Source: Dehalococcoidia bacterium | GTDB lineage: Bacteria > Chloroflexota > Dehalococcoidia > Lucifugimonadales > CAZENU01 | Direction: 5' to 3' | NCBI GenBank assembly: GCA_965117035.1 | Contig: OZ220748.1 | Span: forward strand, 815,992 to 879,991 | Length of the DNA stretch: 64,000 nt | Part shown: positions 16,972 through 26,717 of the stretch, in pieces | Layout of the letters: every line of letters starts with the position of its first letter | Numbering within the stretch: the stretch's first letter is position 1 | Notes under the pieces: generated by a model | Told to the model about the DNA's origin: nothing | What the model saw: the letters and a program-made list of their open reading frames with translations, nothing else | The model's database searches: none | Made by a program: the position numbers and the translations under genes

Positions 16972-18555
16972 ATGGCTTCTCAAACCGGAGTCGGCCACAA
17001 GACGACCGGGCCGCTATTGGACTGGTTTTACGTCAGCGCCGGATACGTCACGTTCCGCAGCGGAATCGCCGAGCAGTGGGACTCGCCCAGCGGCATCGAG
17101 ATCGAGGTGCAGCAGGCGGGGAAGTCGGACCCGATACTCGAACCCGACAGGGCCTGGGAGAAAGGCGGCATCGCCTCGGTCAAGGGGATTACCCGTCGCA
17201 ACGGCCGGTACGAGATGTACTACTCGACAATTTCGGGCTGCCAGTGTCTGGCGGTGAGCGAGGACGGCGCGGCCTGGACCAAACCGGAGCTTGGCGCCGT
17301 GGAGTTCGACGGCTCGACGCGCAACAACATCGTCGCCCGCGGCCCCGGGCTGACCGGCTACGTGTTCGAAGACCCGTCCGCGCCTCCTGGGGAGCGGTTC
17401 AAGATGACCTGCATGAGGGGCGGGGTATACGAGCCGGAGCTGACCGCAGACGGCTTGCCCGTGGAGCTGGGGCCGACGGCCTATGATAACTTCGAGCTCC
17501 AGGAGGAGCTGCGTGAGGGTTACACCGGGAAGTGGGGCCAGTTGAAGGGATTTCTCGTCGGCGCAGTGTCCCCGGACGGCCTTCGCTGGACCGCGATAGA
17601 CAGGCCGCTACTCGCCGAGTTCGTCGACGGCGACACGATAGCGCACTACGACGACTCCACCGGCGGTTACGTCGGCTACCTGCGGTTCCATACCGGCGAC
17701 CGCAGGACGGTCGGCCGCTCCGAGACGGCCGACTTCAGGCGGTTCGCCCCGGAGAAGGTGGTGCTGCAGCCCGATCCGCAGGACCCGCCGGACACGTCGT
17801 TCTACGGCCACGCCTACACGCCGTATCCGGGCCGGGACGACCTCCACCTCATGTTCGTGTCCGTGTACCACCACAACACGGACAACATCGACCTGCAGCT
17901 CGGCGTCAGCCACGACGGCGAGTACTGGTTCCGGCCCGACCGCCAGCGGCCCATCGTCCCCAACGGTCCCGCGGGGACGGACGACTCCGGGCAGATCCAC
18001 GCAGGCCCCGGCCTCGCCGAGATCGGAGACGACCGGTGGAGCCTGGCGTACGTCGGGTCTGACAGGCTGCACAACAACGACATCGACTGGTACCCGCCCG
18101 AGCCGGGAGAGCCCATGGGCCGGACGGTCCGCTACGCCGTCTGGCAGCGGGACCGCCTGGCCGGAATACGCGCGAGGGACCTGGGACAGCTCACCCTCAG
18201 GCAGGAGCGCGAACGGCCACCGGAGAACTGCCCGGACGCGATCGAGGCGCCGCCCCGCGGCGTATTCCCGCCCCTGCAGGACCCGGACGAGGCGCCACGC
18301 CAGCTTCGGCTGAACTACCGCACCGAGCCGGGTGGTTGGGTCGCGGTCGAGCTGATTCCCGTCGTCGGCACGATGACCTATCCGCAGGTGCCGGCGATCA
18401 GCGGCTACGGCTTCGGCGACTGTGATACTCTCACGGGAGACCACCTGGACCGCGTGGTGACGTGGGGTGAGCGCTCCAACGTCGCCGGCCTCTCCGACAC
18501 GCTGGCCGTGAGGATCAGGATGTACAGGGCCACGCTGTTCTCGTGGTCGCTGTAA
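16972..18555 (+). CDS. hypothetical protein, 527 aa; possibly a glycosidase-like beta-propeller with C-terminal beta-sandwich
   Basis: ATG at 16972 after GGAGGA. Repeated W/Y..D..G strand-like segments and a tail (LRLNYRTEPGGWVAVELI...LAVRIRMYRATLFSWSL) resemble the propeller-plus-sandwich layout of GH32/43-type enzymes; no catalytic motif identified. Confidence 0.7.
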   Translation: MASQTGVGHKTTGPLLDWFYVSAGYVTFRSGIAEQWDSPSGIEIEVQQAGKSDPILEPDRAWEKGGIASVKGITRRNGRYEMYYSTISGCQCLAVSEDGAAWTKPELGAVEFDGSTRNNIVARGPGLTGYVFEDPSAPPGERFKMTCMRGGVYEPELTADGLPVELGPTAYDNFELQEELREGYTGKWGQLKGFLVGAVSPDGLRWTAIDRPLLAEFVDGDTIAHYDDSTGGYVGYLRFHTGDRRTVGRSETADFRRFAPEKVVLQPDPQDPPDTSFYGHAYTPYPGRDDLHLMFVSVYHHNTDNIDLQLGVSHDGEYWFRPDRQRPIVPNGPAGTDDSGQIHAGPGLAEIGDDRWSLAYVGSDRLHNNDIDWYPPEPGEPMGRTVRYAVWQRDRLAGIRARDLGQLTLRQERERPPENCPDAIEAPPRGVFPPLQDPDEAPRQLRLNYRTEPGGWVAVELIPVVGTMTYPQVPAISGYGFGDCDTLTGDHLDRVVTWGERSNVAGLSDTLAVRIRMYRATLFSWSL

Positions 18556-18563
18556 CCCCGCCC

Positions 18564-19544
18564 ATGAGAACTCTCATTCGCGGCGGATGCACGCCGTTGC
18601 AATCGACGGTCCGAGCCACGCTGCTGGCCGTGCTCATCCTGGCCGGAGCGGGTGCGTCGGCCACGCCGTTCCTGGCCTGCGTTACGGCAGAGGATGAACG
18701 AATCGTCTTCCGGGCCAGCCGCGGCGGCAGCTCGGACATCTACGTCATGCAACCCGACGGCTCCGAGCAGATGCCGCTGCTCGAGGGCAACGCCACCCTG
18801 GAGTGGACGCCCGCGCTGTCGCCCGACGGCAAGAAGATCGCGTTCGCGAGAACGACGCGCCGCCGCGACCCGCACGCCGACATCTACGTGATGGGCTCCG
18901 ACGGCTCGAACGTGACCCGCCTGACCGATAGCCCGAGCGAGGAGGGCTTTCCGGCCTGGTCGCCCGATGGGCTCAGGATCGCCTTCCAGGCGGGCCGCAG
19001 GGGCCTTCCCGACCCGCCCTGGCCCAAGGACAGCGCCGCAAGGATACACGCGATGGATGCCGATGGCTCGAATCGGACCAGGCTGACCGGGAACGACGCG
19101 GGGGAGACGACCCCTCAATGGTCTCCGGACGGCGAGAGTATCCTGTTCGCCTCCGACCTTGCGGGCAACTGGGACATCTACGTCATCGGCGTCGATGGGA
19201 CAGGCCAGACGCGCCTGACCGATCATCCAGGCGACGACATCATGCCGATCTGGTCGCCAGGCGGGACGCGCATCGCCTTCGTGTCGGACAGGGGCGGAGC
19301 CCTGGACATCTTCGTGATGGTGTTGAACGGCGGTGAGCCTGAACGTCTCACGCAAGACTCGGGGATCTCGGAGCTTTCCGGCATGTCATGGTCGCCGGAC
19401 GGGCGGTCGATCGCGTTTGGCGCGACGCGCGACCGCGCCGCGGAGCTCTACGTCGTCACTGTGGCGGATGGCGCCGAGACCCGGTTGACGACCGAGCCGG
19501 GGGTCGACACCAGCCCTTCCTGGGGGCCTCCGTCGTGGCGTTAG
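18564..19544 (+). CDS. TolB-like WD40/PD40 beta-propeller repeat protein, secreted
   Basis: Signal peptide MRTLIRGGCTPLQSTVRATLLAVLILAGAGASA; repeated DIYVM..DGS....LT...E..P.WSPDG.(K/R)IAF units. Confidence 0.85.
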   Translation: MRTLIRGGCTPLQSTVRATLLAVLILAGAGASATPFLACVTAEDERIVFRASRGGSSDIYVMQPDGSEQMPLLEGNATLEWTPALSPDGKKIAFARTTRRRDPHADIYVMGSDGSNVTRLTDSPSEEGFPAWSPDGLRIAFQAGRRGLPDPPWPKDSAARIHAMDADGSNRTRLTGNDAGETTPQWSPDGESILFASDLAGNWDIYVIGVDGTGQTRLTDHPGDDIMPIWSPGGTRIAFVSDRGGALDIFVMVLNGGEPERLTQDSGISELSGMSWSPDGRSIAFGATRDRAAELYVVTVADGAETRLTTEPGVDTSPSWGPPSWR

Positions 19545-19616
19545 GCGCGCAGTCCGCCATTCCGCGATCTGCAAAGGCAAGCGGCCAATCCCCCACCCAA
19601 ATGGTAGGGGCGCAGC

Positions 19617-19703
19617 ATTGCGGGGACGGGGCGGGTTGGAAACCGCCCCTACGAGGTGATGGCTGGTAGATATGACATTGAATGTGGAGGTGGGGAATCC
19701 GGG
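19617..19703 (+). repeat. dispersed ~87-nt element R2, copy B
   Basis: See 1081-1167. A 1-nt indel (GGCGGTAGA vs GGCTGGTAGA) shifts every reading frame between the copies, so conservation is at nucleotide or RNA level. Confidence 0.8.
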
Positions 19704-19733
19704 AGGCGGCAGACGGTTGCGTTCGCGGGATGC

Positions 19734-20339
19734 ATGGCCGAACATGGAAGTGAGGCGGGCTGGACGACGCATCCGGGGAATCAGGCCTTGGACAATCTGA
19801 CCGACGAAGAGCGCAGGCAGATATACGAAGAGGAAGAGCAGAAGGAAGCCCAGCGCCAGCGCCGGCGGGGCCGCAGGCCGGACAAGCAGTGGCTGGCGGT
19901 TATCGCCTTCATCGTGGGCATGTTTCTCCTCATGGCGTACTTCGGAGACCCCGGAGCGTTCAGCCGCGCCCTCCAGCGCAACGAGGCCCAGATGCGGGAG
20001 GCCGGGATGATACCGACCGCGCCGCCGTCGCTGCTGCCAACGCCGGTACCGACGCCCGCAACCGGAGTCCGAACGGCCTTCGGCGACGGGGTGTGGCTGA
20101 TCGGGGAGCAGATCGCTCCGGGCACATACCGCGCCTCGACACCGTCTTCGGCCTGCTTCTGGGCGCGGCTGGCCGACTTCAGCGATCTATCCAGGCTCAA
20201 TGCCCGCTCCACCGCGGCGACCGATGCCGGGGCCTGGTCGGCGGGCCTGACGCCGCGCGTCGAGGTCGCCTGGGTCCGGGACACCGACGCGGCCTTCGAG
20301 ACGGTCGGCTGTGGAATCTGGCGGCGGCTCGCCGAGTGA
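19734..20339 (+). CDS. hypothetical single-pass membrane protein (201 aa)
   Basis: Charged N-terminus (EERRQIYEEEEQKEAQRQRRRGRR), one TM segment (WLAVIAFIVGMFLLMAYF), Pro-rich linker, C-terminal GDGVWLIGEQIAPGTYR...C.WARL domain; start uncertain (19656 to 19734). Confidence 0.55.
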   Translation: MAEHGSEAGWTTHPGNQALDNLTDEERRQIYEEEEQKEAQRQRRRGRRPDKQWLAVIAFIVGMFLLMAYFGDPGAFSRALQRNEAQMREAGMIPTAPPSLLPTPVPTPATGVRTAFGDGVWLIGEQIAPGTYRASTPSSACFWARLADFSDLSRLNARSTAATDAGAWSAGLTPRVEVAWVRDTDAAFETVGCGIWRRLAE

Positions 20340-20485
20340 CGCCGTTGGAAGCCACGCGCCGACACGCGTTGCCGGCAGGTCGCCGGTGTGGCCTCGTGAC
20401 GGCGTCGCCAACCGTCGATCGCCGATGAGCGGCCGTCCCTTCGTTCCCGGCCGCTCCGGGCCGCGTCTCGAGACCGGGCCGATAC

Positions 20486-21901
20486 ATGGCTGACGCCTCG
20501 CCCGACCACGCCGCGCCGGCGTCCAGAGGCAAGTGGGCGACCCTGGCGGTCGTGTCGATCGGCACGCTGATGTCGACGCTGGACGGCGGCATGGTGGGCG
20601 TTTCGTTCCCGGCGCTGTCGGAGGCGTTCGACACCGGCAGCTCGACGATCCTTTGGGTCAGCGTGGCCTTCTGGGGCACCAGCTTCGGCCTGCTTCCGAC
20701 GCTCGGATGGCTCGGCGACGTCCACGGGCGGAAGCGGGTGTACACGCTGGGCTCGCTGGTGTTCGCGTTCGGCATCGTCGCGGCGGCGGCGGCCCCGAAC
20801 GTTTGGGTGCTGATCGCCGTGAGGATCGTGCAGGCCGTCGGTTCGGCGATGGTGCTGTCGAACCTCAACGCGGTCATCGCCGCCGCCTTCCCGGCCGGCG
20901 AGCGCGGAAGGGCCATGGGCGTCTCCGGCGCCGTCGTTGGCGTCGGGCTGTCCGCCGGGCCGCTGATCGGGGGATTTCTGGTCGACGTCCTGGGATGGCA
21001 GTCGCTGTTCTACACCAGGGCGCCGCTGGGCTTCCTGGGAGCGTTCCTCGCGTGGCGGGTGCTGCCCGGCGACCGCGCGACGGGCGGGCGCGTCCACGTC
21101 GACCTGCTCGGCTCGGCGACGCTGTTCGTCACGCTGGCGGCGTTCCTGCTCATCATCAACCAGGGCGGGCGGCTCGGATTCGGCTCTCCGGTCGTGCTGG
21201 GCCTTGGGGTCGCGGCGGCCGCCCTGCTGCCGGTCCTTGTCTGGACGGAGTGGCGCTCGGCCCGCCCCATCCTGCAGGCATCGCTGTTCAGGAGCCGCGA
21301 CTACACTTTCGCGCTGCTGGTCCAGATCAGCCACTACCTGGGCCACGGGGGGATCATACTGGTGGCGCCGTACTTCTTCGTCGACTCGCTCGGCTTCTCG
21401 GCCACGAAGATGGGCGTGTTCATAGCGGCGTTCTACGCGGCCCGCGCCGTCGTGGCCTTCCCCGCCGGATGGCTGTCCGACACGTTCGGCCCGCGCGGGT
21501 TCCTGGTCTTCGGGAACGGGCTGTTCGCGCTGGCGCTGCTGTGGGTGGCCCTCGAGTGGACCGGCTCGAACGAGGTTGCGATCCTGGCCGCCATGCTGCT
21601 GGCCGGGGTGGGCTCCGCGTTCTTCGAGCCCGTGGTGACCTCGGTCATCATGGGCGCGGTGCCGACCGACAGGCTGGGCACGGCGTCGGCCCTCGTCGCG
21701 ATGGGACGCCACGTCGCGTTCTCCTCGGGCGTGGCGCTCGCCGGAGCCGTATTCGCGGTGCGCGAGCGCGCCCACCTGCGGGAGTTCGGCGAGGCCGAGG
21801 CCATCGGCCGCGGCTTCAGCGACACGATGCTCACCTGCGTCGTGCTGGCCGTGGCCGCGACCCTGTTCTCGACGATGATCAGGAGCCGCGGCCGGCGGTA
21901 G
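20486..21901 (+). CDS. MFS transporter, DHA2 (14-TMS drug:H+ antiporter)-like
   Basis: 471 aa, WATLAVVSIGTLMSTLDGGMVGVSFPAL opening and GWLGDVHGRKRV loop motif typical of EmrB/QacA-type MFS. Confidence 0.9.
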   Translation: MADASPDHAAPASRGKWATLAVVSIGTLMSTLDGGMVGVSFPALSEAFDTGSSTILWVSVAFWGTSFGLLPTLGWLGDVHGRKRVYTLGSLVFAFGIVAAAAAPNVWVLIAVRIVQAVGSAMVLSNLNAVIAAAFPAGERGRAMGVSGAVVGVGLSAGPLIGGFLVDVLGWQSLFYTRAPLGFLGAFLAWRVLPGDRATGGRVHVDLLGSATLFVTLAAFLLIINQGGRLGFGSPVVLGLGVAAAALLPVLVWTEWRSARPILQASLFRSRDYTFALLVQISHYLGHGGIILVAPYFFVDSLGFSATKMGVFIAAFYAARAVVAFPAGWLSDTFGPRGFLVFGNGLFALALLWVALEWTGSNEVAILAAMLLAGVGSAFFEPVVTSVIMGAVPTDRLGTASALVAMGRHVAFSSGVALAGAVFAVRERAHLREFGEAEAIGRGFSDTMLTCVVLAVAATLFSTMIRSRGRR

Positions 21902-21910
21902 TGGCGGACG

Positions 21911-22858
21911 TCAGAGCCTGCGGAGCTTCGTCAGGCTGCGCAGCTCGGTCGGCGGGTCCATGTGCATGCCGCGTATGGCGAACGACACCTCTCCGACGTA
22001 GATGTCGCCGCGGGAGTCGACGGCGACGCCGTGGGGCGCGATGAACTGCCCCGGGCCCTCACCCTCCTCGGGATCGCCGAACCGCGCGAGCATCTCGCCG
22101 TCCGGGCCGTAGACGCCGATCCGGTGGCCGAGACCCGGCGCGTCGTCGACGCCCGACATGCCGTTGAGCTCGCCGACGTACAGGTTGCCGTCCGGGCCGA
22201 TGCAGATGCCGTCCGGCCGGTGGATGTTGTTCCACATCGTGATGAAGCCGCCGTCCGCGTCGAATACCTGTACACGGTGGCACTCCCGGTCGGCGACGTA
22301 CACCCGGTCCTGGGAGTCGACCGCGATGTTGTGCGGGCGGATGAACTGCCCCGCGTCTATTCCCGGCTCGCCCCAGGACAGGACGTAGCGGCCCTCGCCG
22401 TCGTACTTGTGGACGCGTGAGTTGCCGTAGCCGTCGGAGATGTAGATGTCGCCCGTGTTCGGGGAAGCGGCCGCGTGCGTCGGCGCGTTGAACGGCTCTC
22501 CGCTCCACTTCTCGGCCGGCCGGTCGGGAGCACCGATCGTCATCAGGAGCTCGCCATCCGGGGTGAACTTGCGTATCGCGTGCCGGCCGTCGTCCGTGCA
22601 GAACACGGAGTCGTCCGGCCCGATGAAGATGCCGTGCGTGCGCCTGCTGAACAGGCCGCCGCCGAACGAGCGCAGGAAGTTCCCGTCCCGGTCGAACACC
22701 ATGACCGGGTGATCGGTATTCCGGGTCAGCGCAAAGACCTCGTCGCGCGAGTTGACCGCCACGCCGGGGGTCTCCATGAGGTTGATGCCGTCGGGGAGCC
22801 TGACCCAGTCGACGATGGGCTCGTAACGATAGTCGCCCTGCCCCACTACGATTCCCAT
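21911..22858 (-). CDS. NHL-repeat six-bladed beta-propeller protein (peptidyl-alpha-hydroxyglycine amidating lyase-like)
   Basis: ATG at 22858 after GAGGAGGAG; recurring G.F..P(H)G(I/V)AVD....(I/V)YV(A/G)D NHL units. Confidence 0.85.
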   Translation of the reverse strand: MGIVVGQGDYRYEPIVDWVRLPDGINLMETPGVAVNSRDEVFALTRNTDHPVMVFDRDGNFLRSFGGGLFSRRTHGIFIGPDDSVFCTDDGRHAIRKFTPDGELLMTIGAPDRPAEKWSGEPFNAPTHAAASPNTGDIYISDGYGNSRVHKYDGEGRYVLSWGEPGIDAGQFIRPHNIAVDSQDRVYVADRECHRVQVFDADGGFITMWNNIHRPDGICIGPDGNLYVGELNGMSGVDDAPGLGHRIGVYGPDGEMLARFGDPEEGEGPGQFIAPHGVAVDSRGDIYVGEVSFAIRGMHMDPPTELRSLTKLRRL

Positions 22859-23034
22859 CTCGTCTCCTCCTCGCTCCGGGCCTGGTCCGATGCCCATCTT
22901 CGCGGCGAGGCGAAGTGTACGAGCGGCCCTGGGACGTGTCAACAGCGGCGCCGCCGCCAGCCGGACCGGCGGTCTGGACACCCCGACGAAGCGTACGCTA
23001 TGCTACCTTCGGGACGGCGCGAACGGAGGAGCCA

Positions 23035-24069
23035 TTGCCGCAGTTCACGGTAGTCACCGCGAGTACGGGTAAGCCGACGACCTATGAGTACGAGATGGAG
23101 GCGCTGAGGCCCATCGGCGCCGAGATCGTAGAGGTCGCGGCCGCGAGCGATGAAGAGTTCCTGGAGGCCGCGCGCCACGCCGACGCCATCATCGGCGGCG
23201 GCGTACCGATGACCCGCAGCGTCATCGAGGGCCTCGAGAACTGCAAGGTCATCGCCTTCGGCAGCGTCGGCACCGACCAGGTCGACGTGGACGCCGCTAC
23301 CGAGCGCGGCATTCCGGTGACCAACGTGCCCGACACCTTCATAGACGAGGTGGCGGACCACACCATGTCGCTGATACTCGGCACGTACCGTCGGCTGACG
23401 CTGATGGACGACATGGTCCGCGACGGCAGGTGGAGGGAGGGCCGTCCCTACCTCTACCAGTTCCCGCGGCTGAGGGGACAGACCCTGGGGCTCATATCGT
23501 TCGGGCACGTCGCGCGGGCCGTCTCGGAGAGGGCGGCGCCGTTCGGTTTCAGGATGATGGCCTTCGACCCGTACATCGAAGAGCTGACGATTTCGAGCTA
23601 CGGCGTCGAGCCCGTCGAGCTGAACGAGTTGCTGCGGGCGTCGGACATCGTTTCGATGCACGCCCCCGGCATGCCCGATACCGAGAAGATGCTCGGCGAG
23701 GAGCAGTTCAGGCTGATGAAGCCGACGGCGCTGTTCATCAACAACGGACGCGGGTCTACGGTAGACGAGGCGGCGCTGATCAGGGCTCTCGAGGAGGGCC
23801 GAATCGCCGCGGCCGGGCTGGACGTTCTCGCCAAGGAGCCGCCCGACCCGGAGAACCCGCTTCTGCACATGGACAACGTGGTCCTGACTCCCCACGCGGC
23901 GTCGGCGTCGGCCCGGTTCGACGTGCAGCGCCTGACGAGGGTCGGCCGGGAGGTCGCGCTCGTGCTCACGGGAAGGTGGCCGCGCGCCTGCGTCAATCCG
24001 ACCGTGCTGGAGCGCTCCGAGCTGAAGCGCTGGCAACCCTACTCCATGGAACGAGGGCCCGCCAGATAG
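23035..24069 (+). CDS. D-isomer-specific 2-hydroxyacid dehydrogenase family protein
   Basis: TTG at 23035 after GGAGGAG; GTDQVDVDAATERGIPVTNVP, nucleotide-binding GLISFGHVARAV, and C-terminal VVLTPHAAS catalytic-His segment. Confidence 0.85.
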   Translation: MPQFTVVTASTGKPTTYEYEMEALRPIGAEIVEVAAASDEEFLEAARHADAIIGGGVPMTRSVIEGLENCKVIAFGSVGTDQVDVDAATERGIPVTNVPDTFIDEVADHTMSLILGTYRRLTLMDDMVRDGRWREGRPYLYQFPRLRGQTLGLISFGHVARAVSERAAPFGFRMMAFDPYIEELTISSYGVEPVELNELLRASDIVSMHAPGMPDTEKMLGEEQFRLMKPTALFINNGRGSTVDEAALIRALEEGRIAAAGLDVLAKEPPDPENPLLHMDNVVLTPHAASASARFDVQRLTRVGREVALVLTGRWPRACVNPTVLERSELKRWQPYSMERGPAR

Positions 24070-24091
24070 CACCACTTTGGGGACGACCTCG

Positions 24092-25252
24092 ATGAAGATC
24101 GCCCTGGTGTCGCCCTACGACTACGCGTTCCCCGGCGCCGTCGCCGACCATGTGCGCCACCTCGCGGCGCAGCTCGGCAGCCGCGGCCACGACGTGCGGG
24201 TCATCGCCCCGTGCTCCGATCTCTCCCGCGTGTCGGACGAGCGGTTCATACCCATGGGCCGGCCCGTCCCGATACCAAGCGGCGGATCGGTCGCGCGCGT
24301 CTCCCTGTCGGTCTGGCTGGCGCCGAAGACGAGGGCCCTGCTGCGCGAGGAGGCGTTCGACGTGGTGCACCTGCACGAGCCCTTCTCCGGCGTGCTGCCG
24401 CTCACCGTCCTGGAGCTGTCGGACGCGGCGAACGTCGCGACGTTCCACAGCTTCCACGGCACGCGGTTGTGGACACGGGCGACGGTCTCCCTGGCGCGAC
24501 GCTACTTCAACAGGCTGCATGGGTGCATAGCGGTCTCGGAGCCGGCGCGCGACTTCATAAGCAGCCACTTCCCGGGCGGCTACGAGATCATCCCGAACGG
24601 GGTGCACGTCGGGACTTACTCGAACGGCGCGCTGCCCTACGCCCATCTCCGCGACGGGAAGGTCAACATCCTGTTCGTCGGAAGGCTCGAGCGGCGCAAG
24701 GGCCTCAAGTACCTGCTTGGCGCCTTCGCCAGGCTGAAGTGGTCATGGCCCAACGTCAGGCTGCTGGTCGTCGGACCCGGCAGCCTGGACGAGGACTCGG
24801 CGAGGATGCTCGGCGAGCGCAGGATCGAGGACGTGCTGTTCACGGGCGCCGTATCCGAGGAAGAGAAGGTCCGCTACTACGAGACCGCCGACATCTTCTG
24901 CACGCCGGCGACGGGCCACGAGAGCTTCGGGGTCGTCCTGCTGGAGGCGATGGCCGCGGGCAAACCCATAGTCGCCACCGAGATCGAGGGCTACTCCAGC
25001 GTCATCACTCACGGCAGGGAGGCGCTGCTGGTACCGCCGAAGAGCGAGGAGGGTCTCGCCGACGCCATAGCCACCCTGCTGAAGGACCCCGGTCTCGCAC
25101 GTCGGCTGGGAGAGAGCGGACGCGTCAGGGTGCGCGAGTTCGACTGGGACATGGTTGCCGGCCGCGTGGAGGACTTCTACGTGTCGCTGCTGCGCGAGGC
25201 CGGGGCCCGGCCCGCCTTCGGGCGTCTCCAGGTCTCCGATCCGAGCCCTTGA
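24092..25252 (+). CDS. GT4 family glycosyltransferase (PimA-like)
   Basis: MKIALVSPYDYAFPGAVADHV opening and HESFGVVLLEAMAAGKPIVATEIEGY (E-x7-E) GT-B/GT4 signature. Confidence 0.9.
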   Translation: MKIALVSPYDYAFPGAVADHVRHLAAQLGSRGHDVRVIAPCSDLSRVSDERFIPMGRPVPIPSGGSVARVSLSVWLAPKTRALLREEAFDVVHLHEPFSGVLPLTVLELSDAANVATFHSFHGTRLWTRATVSLARRYFNRLHGCIAVSEPARDFISSHFPGGYEIIPNGVHVGTYSNGALPYAHLRDGKVNILFVGRLERRKGLKYLLGAFARLKWSWPNVRLLVVGPGSLDEDSARMLGERRIEDVLFTGAVSEEEKVRYYETADIFCTPATGHESFGVVLLEAMAAGKPIVATEIEGYSSVITHGREALLVPPKSEEGLADAIATLLKDPGLARRLGESGRVRVREFDWDMVAGRVEDFYVSLLREAGARPAFGRLQVSDPSP

Positions 25253-25866
25253 AGACCGACACGGCCCGCAGACTGTTCTCCACGTATCTCGAGGCCCCGG
25301 TCGCGTCCGCGCTGATCGCGCTGCGCCTCTCGCCCAACGTATTGACGATGTCGGGCATCGTGTTCGCCTCCGCGAGCGCGGTGCTGCTCGGGATGGGGCA
25401 CCTGGCGATCGGGGGCGCCGTCATGCTCGGCGCGTCGGCGTTCGACACGCTCGACGGCGCGGTGGCGAGGGCCACGGGACGGGTGTCCGCCTTCGGCGCG
25501 CTGCTCGACTCCGCGGTCGACAGGGTCTCGGAGTCGATCATCCTGCTCGGCCTGCTCGTGTTCTACGCGGAGCGTGGAGCGCAGTGGGAGTCGGCGCTGG
25601 TGCTGGCGACGGCCGCCGCCTCGTACATGGTCAGCTACGTTCGCGCCCGCGCGGAGGGCCTCGGCGTGGACTGCGAGGTCGGGCTGATGCAGCGCCCGCA
25701 GCGCGTCGTGCTGCTGGGCGCGGGCATGATCGCCGGTCAGTGGTGGTTGCCCGCCGTCTGGCTCGTGCTGGCGGTCGTCGCGGCGCTGTCGGCCGTCACC
25801 GCGGTACACCGCGTCATCCACGCCCATCGAGCGCTGGGAGCCCAGGAGCCCGACTCCGGGAAGTAG
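25249..25866 (+). CDS. CDP-alcohol phosphatidyltransferase
   Basis: TTG start overlaps the GT4 stop (cTTGAag); exact motif D-G-x2-A-R-x8-G-x3-D-x3-D in DTLDGAVARATGRVSAFGALLDSAVD; several TM segments. Confidence 0.8.
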   Translation: MKTDTARRLFSTYLEAPVASALIALRLSPNVLTMSGIVFASASAVLLGMGHLAIGGAVMLGASAFDTLDGAVARATGRVSAFGALLDSAVDRVSESIILLGLLVFYAERGAQWESALVLATAAASYMVSYVRARAEGLGVDCEVGLMQRPQRVVLLGAGMIAGQWWLPAVWLVLAVVAALSAVTAVHRVIHAHRALGAQEPDSGK

Positions 25867-25956
25867 GCTGTGCGACGGCGGGCTCATATCGGCTAGAATG
25901 AGAGTAGTCGTCGGCCGGACCCGACTCGATTGCCGACTACATCGCAGAGCCCGCCG

Positions 25957-26703
25957 ATGCCCGTGCTTCAAGAGCGATCCAGGAACGCCATCCGCCAGCG
26001 GTTCGAGACCGAGCTGAAGCGCGACGTCTCGATCCGGCTGTACACGCGGCTGAACAACCTGCTCTACATCCCCGGCCGGGAGTGCGCGGGCTGCGAGCCG
26101 ACCAGGCAGCTGCTCGAGGAGGTATGCGAGCTCTCCGACCGCGTCGACCTCGAGGTGATCGACTTCTACGGAGACACCGAGGGCGCCCTTGCGCTGGGCG
26201 TCGACAGAATCCCGGCGGTGCTTATCGGCGAGCCGGGAAGAGACAACGTACGTTATTTCGGGATGCCGTCGGGCTACGAGATGCAGACGCTGCTCGACAC
26301 GATCACGGCATCGGCGACGAGCAACAGCAGTCTCCGGATCGAGACGCGGCGCCAGCTCAGGCGGCTCCGGGAGGACGTGCACGTCAAGGTGTTCGTCACC
26401 CCCTCCTGCCACTACTGCCCGGCCGTCGCGGGGCTGGCCCATCTCCTGGCCCTGGAATCCGATCGGGTCACCGCAGACGTAATAGAAGTAGGGGAGTTTC
26501 CCGATCTGGCACGCGCGTACAACGTAATGAGCGTGCCCAGGACGGTCATCAACGACCGCGTGCAGTTCGTTGGGACGGTAACGGAAGAGGTGATGATGGA
26601 GCGCATTCTGGAGGCCGTAGGCGAGTCCGTCGCCGCTGACGACGGTGCCGGGGGAGCGTCAGACGAGGTGACCGCGATCGGCCGGGAGGAATGCGCCAGA
26701 TGA
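25957..26703 (+). CDS. two-domain thioredoxin-fold protein disulfide oxidoreductase (PDO/glutaredoxin-like)
   Basis: Two CXXC sites (CAGC at the N-domain, CHYC at the C-domain), C-terminal VMSVPRTVIND cis-Pro loop. Confidence 0.8.
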   Translation: MPVLQERSRNAIRQRFETELKRDVSIRLYTRLNNLLYIPGRECAGCEPTRQLLEEVCELSDRVDLEVIDFYGDTEGALALGVDRIPAVLIGEPGRDNVRYFGMPSGYEMQTLLDTITASATSNSSLRIETRRQLRRLREDVHVKVFVTPSCHYCPAVAGLAHLLALESDRVTADVIEVGEFPDLARAYNVMSVPRTVINDRVQFVGTVTEEVMMERILEAVGESVAADDGAGGASDEVTAIGREECAR

Positions 26704-26717
26704 ACCGGGGAGCGCAA

